Origin: Chitinophagaceae bacterium
GTDB taxonomy: Bacteria; Bacteroidota; Bacteroidia; Chitinophagales; Chitinophagaceae
Assembly: GCA_014879545.1 (NCBI GenBank)
Contig: JACSRV010000109.1
Span: 1 to 57,822 of the forward strand
DNA length: 57,822 nt
Direction: 5' to 3'
Under the pieces are notes generated by a model. The model was not told the origin of the DNA. It saw only the letters and a program-made list of their open reading frames with translations, and ran no database searches. The translations under genes were made by a program, and so were the position numbers. This document shows positions 34,844-45,186 of the stretch, piece after piece (the first letter of the stretch is position 1; the number at the start of each line of letters is the position of its first letter).

Positions 34844-37021
34844 ATGCACACTACATTCAGGCTGTTTGCAGCCTTCATGCTGCTTGCGGTGACAACGTTC
34901 GCGCAGCAGGCGAAAAAAATAACACTTGAAGATCTTTTCAAGAAGGGGACATTCCGCACCAAGGGGGTACCCGGCTTCAATGCCATGAATGACGGGAAGT
35001 TTTATACCCAACTGGACCGGGACGACAAACACCAGTATATACGGGTGTATGATCTGGAAACCGGCAAGCAGGACAGAACCCTGTTCGACAACGCTGTTAA
35101 CACCTGTGACGGTAAAGAGATCAATGTAGAGTCGTATCAATTCAGCGCGGATGAAAAGAAAATGCTGCTGTGCACTGAAGGGGAACACATTTACCGTCAC
35201 TCTGAACTGCAGCGGGTTTATGTATTTGACATGACAACCGGCAAGATCACCAAACTTCATGAAGACAAAGTGCTTCACGCAACATTCTCGCCTGACGGCA
35301 GTAAAGTGGCCTTTGTAAAAAACAACAACCTTATCTTTAAAGACCTTACTACAGACAAACTCACCGTTGTGAGCAAGGACGGTGAAAAGAACCGCGTCAT
35401 CAATGGTAATTGCGACTGGGTGTACGAGGAAGAATTCTCCTTCACCCGCGCTTTCGAGTGGTCGAAGGACAGCAGGTTCCTGGCATGGTACCGCTTTGAC
35501 GAGACTCAGGTGCCGCAGTACACAATGACCAAGTATAACGGCCTGTACCCCGAACAGTACACCTACAAGTATCCAAAGGCAGGCGAACTTAATTCTGTAG
35601 TACAGATACGTATTCACGACCTGAAACTTCAGCGTAGTATCATAGCAGACATTGGTCAGGAACCAGACCAGTATATCCCACGTATCAAGTGGACAGACAA
35701 TGCCAATGAGCTTTGTATCTACCGCCTGAACCGCCTGCAGAACGAGCTGGGAATGCTGCTTACAAACGGTGAGAACGGCGCAAGCACGGTTATTTATACG
35801 GACAAGAACAAGTACTTTGTAGAGATAGACGACCAGATAACATTTTTACCCGGTGGCACCTCAATGATCGTGGCCAGCGAGCGCGATGGATACAAACATC
35901 TTTATCACTACGACTGGAAGACAAAAGCAATGGTATTGCTCACTCCCGGCAACTTTGATGTGGAAGGAATTACGGGTGTTGACGTGGCACGAAAACTACT
36001 TTACTACACCGCAGCAGAAACCTCTCCACTTCAGCGCAACCTGTATGTAGTGGACTTCGCGGGCAAGAAGAAAAGGACGCTTACCCCCGAGCCGGGCACG
36101 CACAACATCACTCCATGCGCGGGTTACAATTTCTTCCTCGACAAATACTCTCAATTGAACAAGGTGCCGGTTTTCTATCTGCGTAACGCAAAAGGGCAGA
36201 TAATCCGCACACTTGAAGACAACAAGGACCTGGATGCGAAAATGAAAGAATATGCGTTCGGCAACATCCGACTGATGACCATAAAGGGCGTGAGCGAGGA
36301 CCTGAATGCGTGGATGATCACTCCGCCCGGTTTCGATAGCACGAAAAAGTACCCCGTGCTCATGTTCCAGTACAGTGGCCCCGGCTCTCAGCAGGTTGCC
36401 GACAGGTTCCCGGTAGGCAACTACTTCTGGCACCAGATGCTGGCACAAAGAGGCTACATTGTAGTGTGTGCCGATGGCACAGGAACGGGTTTCCGTGGCG
36501 AGGCGTTCAAAAAGAAAACCTACCAGCAACTGGGCAAGTATGAAAGCGACGATCAGATAGCAGTTGCCAAGAATCTTTCCTCACTGCCCTATGTAGACAA
36601 AGATAGGATAGGTATATGGGGTTGGAGCTTTGGCGGCTTTATGAGTGCCACCTGCATTATGAAGGGAGCTGACGTGTTCAAACTGGCTGTTTCAGTGGCA
36701 CCGGTCACCAACTGGCGCTATTATGATAACATCTACACCGAGAGGTACATGCGCACACCGAAGGAGAATGAAAAAGGATATGACGAGAACGCACCCGAGA
36801 AAATGGTGGACAAACTGAAAGGCAAATTCCTGCTGATACACGGCACTGCCGATGATAACGTGCACTTCCAGAATGCCGCTATGCTGACCACAGCACTCAT
36901 TAACGCGAACAAACAATTCGACAATGCATACTATCCCGATAAAGCGCACGGCATATCGGGCGGCAACACGAGTCTGCATTTGTACACCAAAATGACAAAC
37001 TTCATTCTGGACAACCTTTAA
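34844..37021 (+). CDS. Dipeptidyl peptidase IV (S9B family); start moved to 34844
   Basis: Signal peptide; DWVYEEE, YPKAG, GWSFGG (Ser), HGTADDNVHFQ (Asp), AHGI (His). Confidence 0.95.
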   Translation: MHTTFRLFAAFMLLAVTTFAQQAKKITLEDLFKKGTFRTKGVPGFNAMNDGKFYTQLDRDDKHQYIRVYDLETGKQDRTLFDNAVNTCDGKEINVESYQFSADEKKMLLCTEGEHIYRHSELQRVYVFDMTTGKITKLHEDKVLHATFSPDGSKVAFVKNNNLIFKDLTTDKLTVVSKDGEKNRVINGNCDWVYEEEFSFTRAFEWSKDSRFLAWYRFDETQVPQYTMTKYNGLYPEQYTYKYPKAGELNSVVQIRIHDLKLQRSIIADIGQEPDQYIPRIKWTDNANELCIYRLNRLQNELGMLLTNGENGASTVIYTDKNKYFVEIDDQITFLPGGTSMIVASERDGYKHLYHYDWKTKAMVLLTPGNFDVEGITGVDVARKLLYYTAAETSPLQRNLYVVDFAGKKKRTLTPEPGTHNITPCAGYNFFLDKYSQLNKVPVFYLRNAKGQIIRTLEDNKDLDAKMKEYAFGNIRLMTIKGVSEDLNAWMITPPGFDSTKKYPVLMFQYSGPGSQQVADRFPVGNYFWHQMLAQRGYIVVCADGTGTGFRGEAFKKKTYQQLGKYESDDQIAVAKNLSSLPYVDKDRIGIWGWSFGGFMSATCIMKGADVFKLAVSVAPVTNWRYYDNIYTERYMRTPKENEKGYDENAPEKMVDKLKGKFLLIHGTADDNVHFQNAAMLTTALINANKQFDNAYYPDKAHGISGGNTSLHLYTKMTNFILDNL

Positions 37022-37036
37022 TGAAGGATCCGGAAA

Positions 37037-37078
37037 CATAAAGAGAGAGGGCAGCCGCGGCTACCCTCTCTCTTTATG
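37037..37078. terminator. Bidirectional hairpin between convergent DPP IV and mnmA genes
   Basis: 15-bp perfect arms CATAAAGAGAGAGGG/CCCTCTCTCTTTATG around an AGCC-GC-GGCT core. Confidence 0.8.
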
Positions 37079-37097
37079 ACAACGTTTAAGAATTTCA

Positions 37098-38189
37098 TTA
37101 ACGGCCAATGATGCCACCTGCTATCACATCATCTCCCTCGTAGAACACGGCCGACTGACCAGGTGCTATACTGTTCACAGAATGATGGAAGGTAACATGT
37201 ACCGAATCGGCACTGATGGGCTCCAGCGTGCTTTCCGTTCCTGCATCGCGGTACCTGATCTTGGCAACAGCCTCCATGCCCGGGGTTATGGCATCATACT
37301 TCACCATGTTCAGGCCGTGCACCTTCATCTCACTACGCTTCAGTTCATCTATCTCACCCAGCACCACAGTATTGGTCTCTGGTATGATATTGGTTACGAA
37401 CATGGGACGCCCTAATGCCACTTCAAGCCCCTTCCGCTGACCGATAGTGTAGAATGGGTAGCCGCTATGCTTACCTACCACCTTACCATCTGCCAAAACA
37501 AAGTTTCCGCCTTTCACCCTATCCTCCAGTCCGTCTACATTGCGCTTCAGGAACCCTCGGTAATCATTATCGGGCACAAAGCATATCTCATAGCTTTCCG
37601 CCTTCTTCGATAGTTCTTTGTATCCCATATCAAAAGCCAATTGCCTCACCTCTGTCTTCAGCATATCGCCAAGTGGATAGATGCTACGTGACAGACAATC
37701 CTGCCCCAGCCCCCACAACACATAACTCTGATCCTTGGTGAGGTCGCGGGCCTTTGAGAGCACAAAACGGCTATTTTCTTCGCGCACCTTCACATAGTGC
37801 CCGGTTGCAATAAAATCGCAATCAAGTGCATTGGCACGTTTCAGCAATGCCGCCCATTTGATGTGCGTATTGCACAGTACACATGGATTGGGTGTGCGCC
37901 CGGCTATATATTCCTCCACAAAATTGTTGACCACATAGTCGCCAAACTCTTCGCGTATATCTAACACATAGTGCGGGAATCCATGTTCTACCGCAGCCTG
38001 CCTGGCATCGTTGAAAGAGTCGAGGTTGCAACAACCCGTTTCCTTCTTTCCGCCGCCGGATGACGCATAATCCCATGTCTTCATTGTAACACCCACCACC
38101 TCATAGCCTTGCTGGTGCAACATGAGCGCCGCTACGGTACTATCAATACCGCCACTCATGGCCACCAGAACTTTACCCATCTTACTCAT
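37098..38189 (-). CDS. mnmA: tRNA 2-thiouridine(34) synthase MnmA (start 38189)
   Basis: AMSGGIDS PP-loop, GRTPNPCVLCN, ATGHY, KDQSY, ESYEICF, YTIGQRKGL, PGQSAVFY. Confidence 0.97.
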   Translation of the reverse strand: MSKMGKVLVAMSGGIDSTVAALMLHQQGYEVVGVTMKTWDYASSGGGKKETGCCNLDSFNDARQAAVEHGFPHYVLDIREEFGDYVVNNFVEEYIAGRTPNPCVLCNTHIKWAALLKRANALDCDFIATGHYVKVREENSRFVLSKARDLTKDQSYVLWGLGQDCLSRSIYPLGDMLKTEVRQLAFDMGYKELSKKAESYEICFVPDNDYRGFLKRNVDGLEDRVKGGNFVLADGKVVGKHSGYPFYTIGQRKGLEVALGRPMFVTNIIPETNTVVLGEIDELKRSEMKVHGLNMVKYDAITPGMEAVAKIRYRDAGTESTLEPISADSVHVTFHHSVNSIAPGQSAVFYEGDDVIAGGIIGR

Positions 38190-38305
38190 AAGCCTGCAAA
38201 GGTACACATATCTCCAAAATGGGATTTATAGGGTAATAGTTTGTTACCATGCAGAACAAAAGCCCCTCTCTGATTACTAATAGTAATGGAGTACATTTGT
38301 CGCAC

Positions 38306-39337
38306 ATGCAGCAAGTGCGCTTTTCATCGGCAATAGTTGACTATTACTACAATAGCCCGGTATCCATTTTGCCTCAAATATGCACAAATGACAATATTGT
38401 ATTTATTACCGACAGCAATGTAGCTGCCGCACACCCCGGCATATTTGAAGGAAGAACAACATTGTTGATACAGGCCGGGGAGGAAAGTAAAACACTGGAG
38501 ACAATAGAGCGGCTTTGCAACGAATTGCTGGAAGCCCAAGCAACCCGGCAAACATGGATAGTAGGCGTAGGTGGCGGTGTGGTCAGCGACATAACCGGAT
38601 TTGTTGCCGCAGTGTACATGAGAGGCGTTAAGTGCGGCTTCGTCCCCACAACGCTGCTGGCAATGGTGGATGCGGCCATAGGAGGGAAAAACGGGGTAAA
38701 TACCGGTCCCCACAAGAACATTATCGGAACAATAAGGCAGCCTGACTTTATTCTATTCGACCCTACTCTTTTATCCTCATTGCCGGATGTGGAGTGGAGC
38801 AACGGCTTTGCAGAGGTAATAAAATACGCTTGCATTTTTGATAAGGAATTATTCACAGAGCTTACAGCTAACGACATAAGTTATTACCAAAAAAATGCTG
38901 CGGCATTGAATGGTCTCATAACGAGGTGCGCCAACCTGAAGAACAAAACAGTAGCCGAAGATGAGCATGAAAAAGGTATAAGAAAGCTACTGAACTTCGG
39001 GCATACTGCAGGTCATGCTATTGAAACCACCTATAGCTTGCCTCATGGTGTAGCGGTGAGTATAGGGATGGTAATCGCGGCCGCTATGTCGGTAGAAAAA
39101 TGCGGCCTACCTCATGACCTACCGGCAAGACTGCGAGACCTCCTGCGCCGCTACGGGCTGCCGGCCACCCATGCCATAGATACAGGCAAGATCATGTCGC
39201 TGCTAAGGGCCGACAAAAAACGAAACAAGGAATATATAGACTACATACTGTTGGAACAGATAGGAAAGGGGGTGATCTGCCCTCTTACATTCCCGGAAAT
39301 AGAATCAGCATTAAAACGACATGAAAGTAACAGTTGA
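38306..39337 (+). CDS. aroB: 3-dehydroquinate synthase (start moved to 38306)
   Basis: GEESKT, GGGVVSDITGF, PTTLLAMVDAAIGGKNG, LNFGHTAGHAIE, HGVAV. Confidence 0.96.
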   Translation: MQQVRFSSAIVDYYYNSPVSILPQICTNDNIVFITDSNVAAAHPGIFEGRTTLLIQAGEESKTLETIERLCNELLEAQATRQTWIVGVGGGVVSDITGFVAAVYMRGVKCGFVPTTLLAMVDAAIGGKNGVNTGPHKNIIGTIRQPDFILFDPTLLSSLPDVEWSNGFAEVIKYACIFDKELFTELTANDISYYQKNAAALNGLITRCANLKNKTVAEDEHEKGIRKLLNFGHTAGHAIETTYSLPHGVAVSIGMVIAAAMSVEKCGLPHDLPARLRDLLRRYGLPATHAIDTGKIMSLLRADKKRNKEYIDYILLEQIGKGVICPLTFPEIESALKRHESNS

Positions 39338-40604
39338 ACCGGGAATAATATCAGGAACAATAACAGCACCACCATCCAAGAGTCTCACTCAGCGCGCACT
39401 GGCGGCTGCTTTGCTGCACAATGGCACCACCATTATCAGGAATGCCGGAAGGTCGGCGGATGAGATGGCAGCACTGCAGGTAATCAGGCAACTGGGGGCT
39501 ACCGTAGTGGAACAGCAACAGGACAACGGACTGCTGCAACTTACGGTAACATCGACTGGAATGATAGCGAGCCCACAGACCGTAAACTGCGGTGAAAGCG
39601 GACTTGCAGCGCGCCTATTCCTCCCCATTGCAGCCATGGGAAACGCAGAAGTTACTGTGACCGGAAGCGGTACATTGCTGCAACGGCCCATGAGGGGTAT
39701 AGTGGTCGGCTTGCGTTCTTTGGGAGTGTCAGTAAAATCTGAGCGAGAAATGCTGCCGTTTACGGTGCATGGTCCCATAAAACCGGCAAACATTCAGGTT
39801 GACTCGGGCGGCAGTTCACAGTTCATCAGCGGGCTGTTATTTGCGCTCACTGCTACGGCAACTTCACTGGTTACCATCAGGGTGAATCGCCCTGAAAGTA
39901 CGCCCTACCTCGACCTGACTATGGACGTGCTGTACCGGTTCGGGAAACCGGTACGACACAACAGGTACAGGGAGTTTATAATAGACCCGTCAAAATTCAG
40001 TCATACCGATGTGGTTTCATTCGATGTCGAGGCCGACTGGAGCGGCGCATCGTGCCTGTTAGTGGCCGGTGCAATTGCAGGCAGCGTCACTATACCTAAT
40101 CTCAGCGCCGGGTCGCTTCAGGCCGACAGGCGCCTACTTGAGGCACTTGAAAAAGCGGGAGTGCCCTTTGTGTTCAACGAGAACAGCATTACCGTAAGAA
40201 AATGCAAACCGCTTGCATTCGACTTTGACGCAACCCATTGCCCCGATCTATTTCCGGCGCTCGCGGTTTTGGCTGCAGTTTGTGATGGCGAGTCGAACAT
40301 AAAAGGAGTTCACCGCCTGTTCAACAAAGAAAGCAACCGCATTGAGAGCATCACAGAAATGCTGTGGCGCTACGGTGTGCATTTCTCCTGCGAGGACGAC
40401 ACACTCACTATAGAGGGGCAGAACAGTCTGGAGCGCGCTTATATAGATGGCTATAAAGACCATCGTATAGTGATGGCAGCGGCTGTCTGCGCACTGAAGG
40501 CAAAGGGCACCGTTACCATTACCCATGCCGAAGCGGTGAACAAATCTTATCCCGACTTTTTCAATGACCTGAGCCGCTGCGGCATGCAGTGGACGCACCT
40601 TTAG
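39321..40604 (+). CDS. aroA: 3-phosphoshikimate 1-carboxyvinyltransferase (EPSP synthase)
   Basis: PPSKS, CGESG, RPM, SSQFISGLL, CPDL, KESNRI, DHRI, KSYPDF. Confidence 0.95.
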   Translation: MKVTVEPGIISGTITAPPSKSLTQRALAAALLHNGTTIIRNAGRSADEMAALQVIRQLGATVVEQQQDNGLLQLTVTSTGMIASPQTVNCGESGLAARLFLPIAAMGNAEVTVTGSGTLLQRPMRGIVVGLRSLGVSVKSEREMLPFTVHGPIKPANIQVDSGGSSQFISGLLFALTATATSLVTIRVNRPESTPYLDLTMDVLYRFGKPVRHNRYREFIIDPSKFSHTDVVSFDVEADWSGASCLLVAGAIAGSVTIPNLSAGSLQADRRLLEALEKAGVPFVFNENSITVRKCKPLAFDFDATHCPDLFPALAVLAAVCDGESNIKGVHRLFNKESNRIESITEMLWRYGVHFSCEDDTLTIEGQNSLERAYIDGYKDHRIVMAAAVCALKAKGTVTITHAEAVNKSYPDFFNDLSRCGMQWTHL

Positions 40605-40642
40605 CTAACCGCCTACGCTAAAAACTTATATTTGTATCCACA

Positions 40643-41620
40643 ATGAACACATTCGGCACAATTTTCCGCGTCAGCATTTTCGGCGAATCTCATGGCAGAT
40701 GGGTTGGTGTGACCATTGATGGATGCCCACCCGGCATACCACTGTCACCCACCGACATGCTGCCCGACCTGGAGCGGAGGAAACCGGGCGCATCAGGAAC
40801 AACGCCCCGCATTGAAGAGGATCTGCCGGAATTTGTCAGCGGTGCGCACAATGGTGTTTCTACCGGTGCGCCCCTCACCATAGTTTTCGAGAATAAAAAT
40901 ACCCGCTCAGCCGACTATGCTGATTTCCAAAATGTGCCGCGACCGGGTCATGCTGATTTTGTGATCCCTAAAAAATTCTCCGGACACAATGACCCACGTG
41001 GTGGCGGGCACACGTCTGGAAGATTAACTGTTGCACTGGTGGCGGCCGGAGTGGTGGCAAAAAAAGTTCTAAAGGATGTTGAAGTATCGGCCTGCCTCGT
41101 AGAAGCCGGCGGAAATACCGACATTGACGCGGCCATTGCAATGGCGGTTGAGCAACAGGATAGCATTGGCGGTATCGTCAGTTGCACCGTCACCGGCCTG
41201 CCTATAGGGTTGGGTGAACCATTTTTCAATTCTGTAGAGTCGGTGATCAGTCATGCCGTATTTTCTGTACCTGCCATAAAGGGCATTGAATTCGGATCCG
41301 GATTCGGCGCAGCACGTATGACGGGAAGCGTCCACAACGATGCTATCGTTGATGAAAAAGGCACTACAGCATCTAACAATGCAGGGGGCATAAATGGCGG
41401 TATCACCAACGGTAACCGGATGATATTCAGAGTAGCGGTGAAACCTACCAGTAGCACACCACGCACACAGCACACATGGAACAAGGCAACAGGCGCTGTG
41501 GAACCCTTTGCGGTTAAAGGCAGGCATGACCTCTGCATCGCACTCAGGGTTCCGGTTGTTATAGAAGCTGTTACGGCCATCGCGCTTGCCGATCTGCTGC
41601 TATTTCCACAACACAAATAG
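40643..41620 (+). CDS. aroC: Chorismate synthase
   Basis: FGESHG, RPGHAD, RGGGHTSGRLT, SNNAGGINGGITNG, KPTSS, GRHDLC. Confidence 0.96.
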   Translation: MNTFGTIFRVSIFGESHGRWVGVTIDGCPPGIPLSPTDMLPDLERRKPGASGTTPRIEEDLPEFVSGAHNGVSTGAPLTIVFENKNTRSADYADFQNVPRPGHADFVIPKKFSGHNDPRGGGHTSGRLTVALVAAGVVAKKVLKDVEVSACLVEAGGNTDIDAAIAMAVEQQDSIGGIVSCTVTGLPIGLGEPFFNSVESVISHAVFSVPAIKGIEFGSGFGAARMTGSVHNDAIVDEKGTTASNNAGGINGGITNGNRMIFRVAVKPTSSTPRTQHTWNKATGAVEPFAVKGRHDLCIALRVPVVIEAVTAIALADLLLFPQHK

Positions 41621-41751
41621 CGGATGGCCTTTCTGCAGCCATCACATTTTTCATTTAATAATAATCAACAAAACTGTGCCACAGCAGAAGTAGTACTATA
41701 ACCGTTCGGAATTACGCAATAAGTACCTATTTTTGCAACAACTCAACAATT

Positions 41752-42312
41752 ATGAACAAAAACAATATAAATCTGATCATAGCAGTATTCCTGATCTTGG
41801 CTGCATCTACCGCCCGTGTGGTAAATGCAGGTCTGCATCTGAATAACTTTGTACCAATAGCAGCAATAAGTGTTTTCAGCGGCTTTGCTTTCCGCGAGAA
41901 GCGATCATGGGCATTGCTCACCCCGATACTGGGTCAGTTTCTGGCAGATGTTTATTTCCAGTTGTTCACCTACACTCCCGGGTTCTATTCTGTCGTAGAT
42001 CAGTTATTCACCTATGCAGCTATCGCAGGCGCAGCATCACTGGGTTTCGCTATGAAAGAACATAAAGCACTGCATGTTGCAGGCTTCACCCTTGGCGCAT
42101 CAGCTATCTTCTTCATCGTTTCCAACTTCGGCTTTTTCGCACACGGCTGGAACGGCTACACCGCATCGGGTTTGGTAAAAACATATATCGATGCTATTCC
42201 ATTCTACCGCAACTCGCTCATCGCTGACGTGGTTGGTGGCATTGTGCTGTTTGGCGGGTATACAGCTACTATGAAAGCGCTGACCGCAAAAATGGAGAAG
42301 GTTAAAGCGTAA
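41752..42312 (+). CDS. DUF6580-like putative membrane transport protein (S-component-like)
   Basis: About six TM segments; NFVPIAAISVFSG, FFIVSNF, Y...GL...Y..AIPFYRNSL.D; own promoter TATTTTTG at 41728-41735. Confidence 0.75.
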   Translation: MNKNNINLIIAVFLILAASTARVVNAGLHLNNFVPIAAISVFSGFAFREKRSWALLTPILGQFLADVYFQLFTYTPGFYSVVDQLFTYAAIAGAASLGFAMKEHKALHVAGFTLGASAIFFIVSNFGFFAHGWNGYTASGLVKTYIDAIPFYRNSLIADVVGGIVLFGGYTATMKALTAKMEKVKA

Positions 42313-42333
42313 GGAACAAACTTATTAATATTG

Positions 42334-42360
42334 AGAGCCGCCCCGAGCGGCTCTTTTTTT
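42334..42360 (+). terminator. Intrinsic terminator
   Basis: Stem AGAGCCGC/GCGGCTCT followed by a T-run. Confidence 0.85.
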
Positions 42361-42375
42361 ATCTGTTACTTTCTT

Positions 42376-44556
42376 TTATCGTTTGGTACGCTTGTAGTGT
42401 TCCAGCACCATTCTTATCTCGCCATAGGTATAGTCATCACCCAGCAAATCCTTTATCGGTTTCGCTGCCGTGTATTGCCCTGTGGTCTCAACCATTTCCA
42501 GTATCGCACGTAGCTTGTCAAACGGCAAAACCTTTGTTATGCTAAGATCTCCTGAGGCGATGAACGCAGCGAGATGGCCCTCAATGGTACCAACTGACAG
42601 CCTTCGCTGTTCCGCGATCTCTTCAATAGACGCACCTTCATTGAACAACTGCAAACTCATATCCATAGAACTACCCGGCGCTGGCTTTTCGGTCCTCTCC
42701 TTTTTTACGGGTTTGGGTTTCTTGAAGTGCATTTTGGAGGGCACTTTATATTCAGCCATATACCTGCCAATAGCGCTGATGAATGCAGCACCGTAGCGGC
42801 TCACCTTGTAATCTCCGAACCCGGATATGTGTTTCAATTCTTCAAAATTGACCGGCAGATAGGTAGCCAGCTCCACAATCGCATTATCGGCCACAATTGC
42901 ATAAGCCGGTACATTCTCGGATGTGGCCATCGCCGCCCTCAACTCCTTCAGTGCCTCAAAAAGCCTGATGTCATAATCCGGCTCCTGCAATACCGGCTGT
43001 TCCCGCACCGGTTTCTTCATCACGAGCTTTAGTCGAGCCTCTCCCCGCAGTATCTTCCATGCTTTGTCTGTAAGATTCAGACCCGCATATTCGTCTGTAC
43101 TTCTTTTTATGTAACCGCCATTGAGCAGCTGCTGCATCATCCATTGCCACTCCTCTTTCTTCAGATTCTTACCAACTCCCCAAGTCTTCAGATCCCGGTG
43201 TGCTGTCTGTATCTTTTCGGCAGCCGAACCGCGCAGAAAATCAATGATGTAATTGGCGCCGTACCGCTCACCGGTACGGGCAATAGCTGACAACAGTTTC
43301 TGCGCATCCTCGGTCGCATCTTTTTCCTCCAGCGAAGATTGACAATAATCGCAACTTCCGCAGTAAGCAGGAAATTGCTCTCCGAAATACTGCATCAGGT
43401 ACTGCCGACGACAACCATCGTTTTCGCAGTAATCCTGCATCAGTTGCAGCTTACGCAACGATATTGCTGACTGCTGCGGATTGTCGTCGATCTGCGCAAA
43501 TTTCCGCAGCTTCATTATGTCGCCCGGACTGTAGAACAATATCGCATCACTTTTCAGACCGTCCCTGCCCGCGCGACCTGTTTCCTGATAATATCCTTCA
43601 ATGTTTTTGCTTACATCATAATGGATCACAAACCTGACGTTCGACTTATCTATACCCATACCGAACGCAATTGTGGCAACAACCACATTATACTCATCGC
43701 GTTGAAACGCTTCCTGTACCCTGCTGCGCTCAGCACTGTCCATGCCCGCATGATAGGCAGCCGCGTTTACACCCTGTAACTTTAATGTTGTCGCTATCTC
43801 TTCGGTAGAAGCGCGCGACAACGCATATATGATTCCGGAGTCGCTCTTGTGTTGTTTTATGTAATCAATTATGTGCCCGAGCGCGTTTTTCTTTGGCAGA
43901 ATGTAATAGTGAATATTTGGCCGGTTGAAACTGGACAGAAATAACTTCGGTGTCCGAAGCGCCAGCTTGTCTGCAATATCCTGTTGTGTCACCTTGTCGG
44001 CGCTGGCAGTCAGTGCTATCACCGGCACCGATGGAAATTGTTCCTTCAACACGGCAAGCTTCAGATACTCAGGCCTGAAATCGTGCCCCCACGATGATAT
44101 ACAATGCGCCTCATCTATCGCAAACAAGGCAGGGCCTATGCGCCTTAGAAAATCAAAAAACACACTGCTGTTCGCGGGTATCCTTTCCGGTGCAATGTAC
44201 AGCAACTTCAATTCCCCGCTCTGCGCCTCCCGCATCACCCGTTGCTGTTCTTCCTGCGACTGTGAGGAGTTCAGAAATGCCGCTCTGATACCATTTGCGA
44301 TCAAGGCATCTACCTGATCCTTCATCAGTGCAATGAGCGGCGAGACAACTATCGCTATACCCGGAAGCAGCATGGCGGGCAGCTGATAACAGATGGACTT
44401 TCCTCCCCCGGTGGGCATTATTGCAAGGGTATCGTTGCCACTCAGCACATTCTTTATGATGGGAAGCTGCGTATGGCGAAAGGTATCGTATCCAAAATAG
44501 TGGCTGAGTGCCTTGTGCAATTGTTCGTCGGTATAGGTGGTCATCGGGTCGATCAT
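42376..44556 (-). CDS. recQ: ATP-dependent DNA helicase RecQ
   Basis: MPTGGGKSICYQ, DEAHCISSWGHDFRPEY, QETGRAGRDG, Zn-binding CRR...CGSCDYC, RQC, HRDC and C-terminal HTH. Confidence 0.97.
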   Translation of the reverse strand: MIDPMTTYTDEQLHKALSHYFGYDTFRHTQLPIIKNVLSGNDTLAIMPTGGGKSICYQLPAMLLPGIAIVVSPLIALMKDQVDALIANGIRAAFLNSSQSQEEQQRVMREAQSGELKLLYIAPERIPANSSVFFDFLRRIGPALFAIDEAHCISSWGHDFRPEYLKLAVLKEQFPSVPVIALTASADKVTQQDIADKLALRTPKLFLSSFNRPNIHYYILPKKNALGHIIDYIKQHKSDSGIIYALSRASTEEIATTLKLQGVNAAAYHAGMDSAERSRVQEAFQRDEYNVVVATIAFGMGIDKSNVRFVIHYDVSKNIEGYYQETGRAGRDGLKSDAILFYSPGDIMKLRKFAQIDDNPQQSAISLRKLQLMQDYCENDGCRRQYLMQYFGEQFPAYCGSCDYCQSSLEEKDATEDAQKLLSAIARTGERYGANYIIDFLRGSAAEKIQTAHRDLKTWGVGKNLKKEEWQWMMQQLLNGGYIKRSTDEYAGLNLTDKAWKILRGEARLKLVMKKPVREQPVLQEPDYDIRLFEALKELRAAMATSENVPAYAIVADNAIVELATYLPVNFEELKHISGFGDYKVSRYGAAFISAIGRYMAEYKVPSKMHFKKPKPVKKERTEKPAPGSSMDMSLQLFNEGASIEEIAEQRRLSVGTIEGHLAAFIASGDLSITKVLPFDKLRAILEMVETTGQYTAAKPIKDLLGDDYTYGEIRMVLEHYKRTKR

Positions 44557-44766
44557 TTTCCATTTGCAAGATACTCATTAACACAAGTTCCGGCACACGT
44601 GATTTTACCCGTATTAATCGGGTGGTCATTTCACTTCCGAATCGTTTATGACAGATAAGACTCTTATCAGAAATACGATTACTGCAACTGTCAGTTCAGC
44701 AAACAACCGGTGAAATTGTCATTTGCTTAAAGCACTTACCATAAATAGCAACGGAAATACGAACTA

Positions 44767-44997
44767 CTACTGCAACAGACAGGTCACGTCATTCTTTACG
44801 TAGGTCTTCAAAGACGCCTGATAAGTTCCACAGGCGTTCTGCGCTACATTGCGGGTTCCTTTTACGGTGGTCTCAGACTTCTGCCGCACACCACTCTGAT
44901 CCCTGTAGGTACAACTGCAGGTGTGATCGCGTTTACTGCAAGACGATACAATAACAGCGAGTGCCGCAACAGTTACAATGCCGGAGATCCTTTTCAT
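44767..44997 (-). CDS. Small Cys-rich lipoprotein (76 aa)
   Basis: Lipobox VSS-C20; mature region has CxC...C...C. Confidence 0.75.
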   Translation of the reverse strand: MKRISGIVTVAALAVIVSSCSKRDHTCSCTYRDQSGVRQKSETTVKGTRNVAQNACGTYQASLKTYVKNDVTCLLQ

Positions 44998-45186
44998 AGA
45001 AGCTGAATTTTAGCGTTGTAAATATAGAGTAAACAAATGAATTTCTTAACAAATCCCAAGCGGCCATCAGGCCGATACTTTTTATGTTTAGCATGCTTTT
45101 ATAACCGGCAAACACCTGTATTTTGACATTTTACTAAATAATACTATAGTATATTTGCCCGAATACTCATTTACAATATCAAGACT

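Noticed and set aside
34449-37021. ClpS + DPP IV as a coupled N-degron trimming system
   Set aside because: DPP IV has a signal peptide while ClpS is cytoplasmic, and the apparent gene overlap disappears when the start is corrected to 34844.
38306-41620. Short AroC with GGGHTSGRLT variant as a sign of horizontal transfer
   Set aside because: Native-type promoters, no mobility marks, and from memory this variant occurs in other Bacteroidota; a phylogeny would be needed.
44654-44668. Palindrome GATAAGA-C-TCTTATC upstream of recQ
   Set aside because: Single AT-rich occurrence; I found no matching copy upstream of ruvA to suggest a DNA-damage operator.
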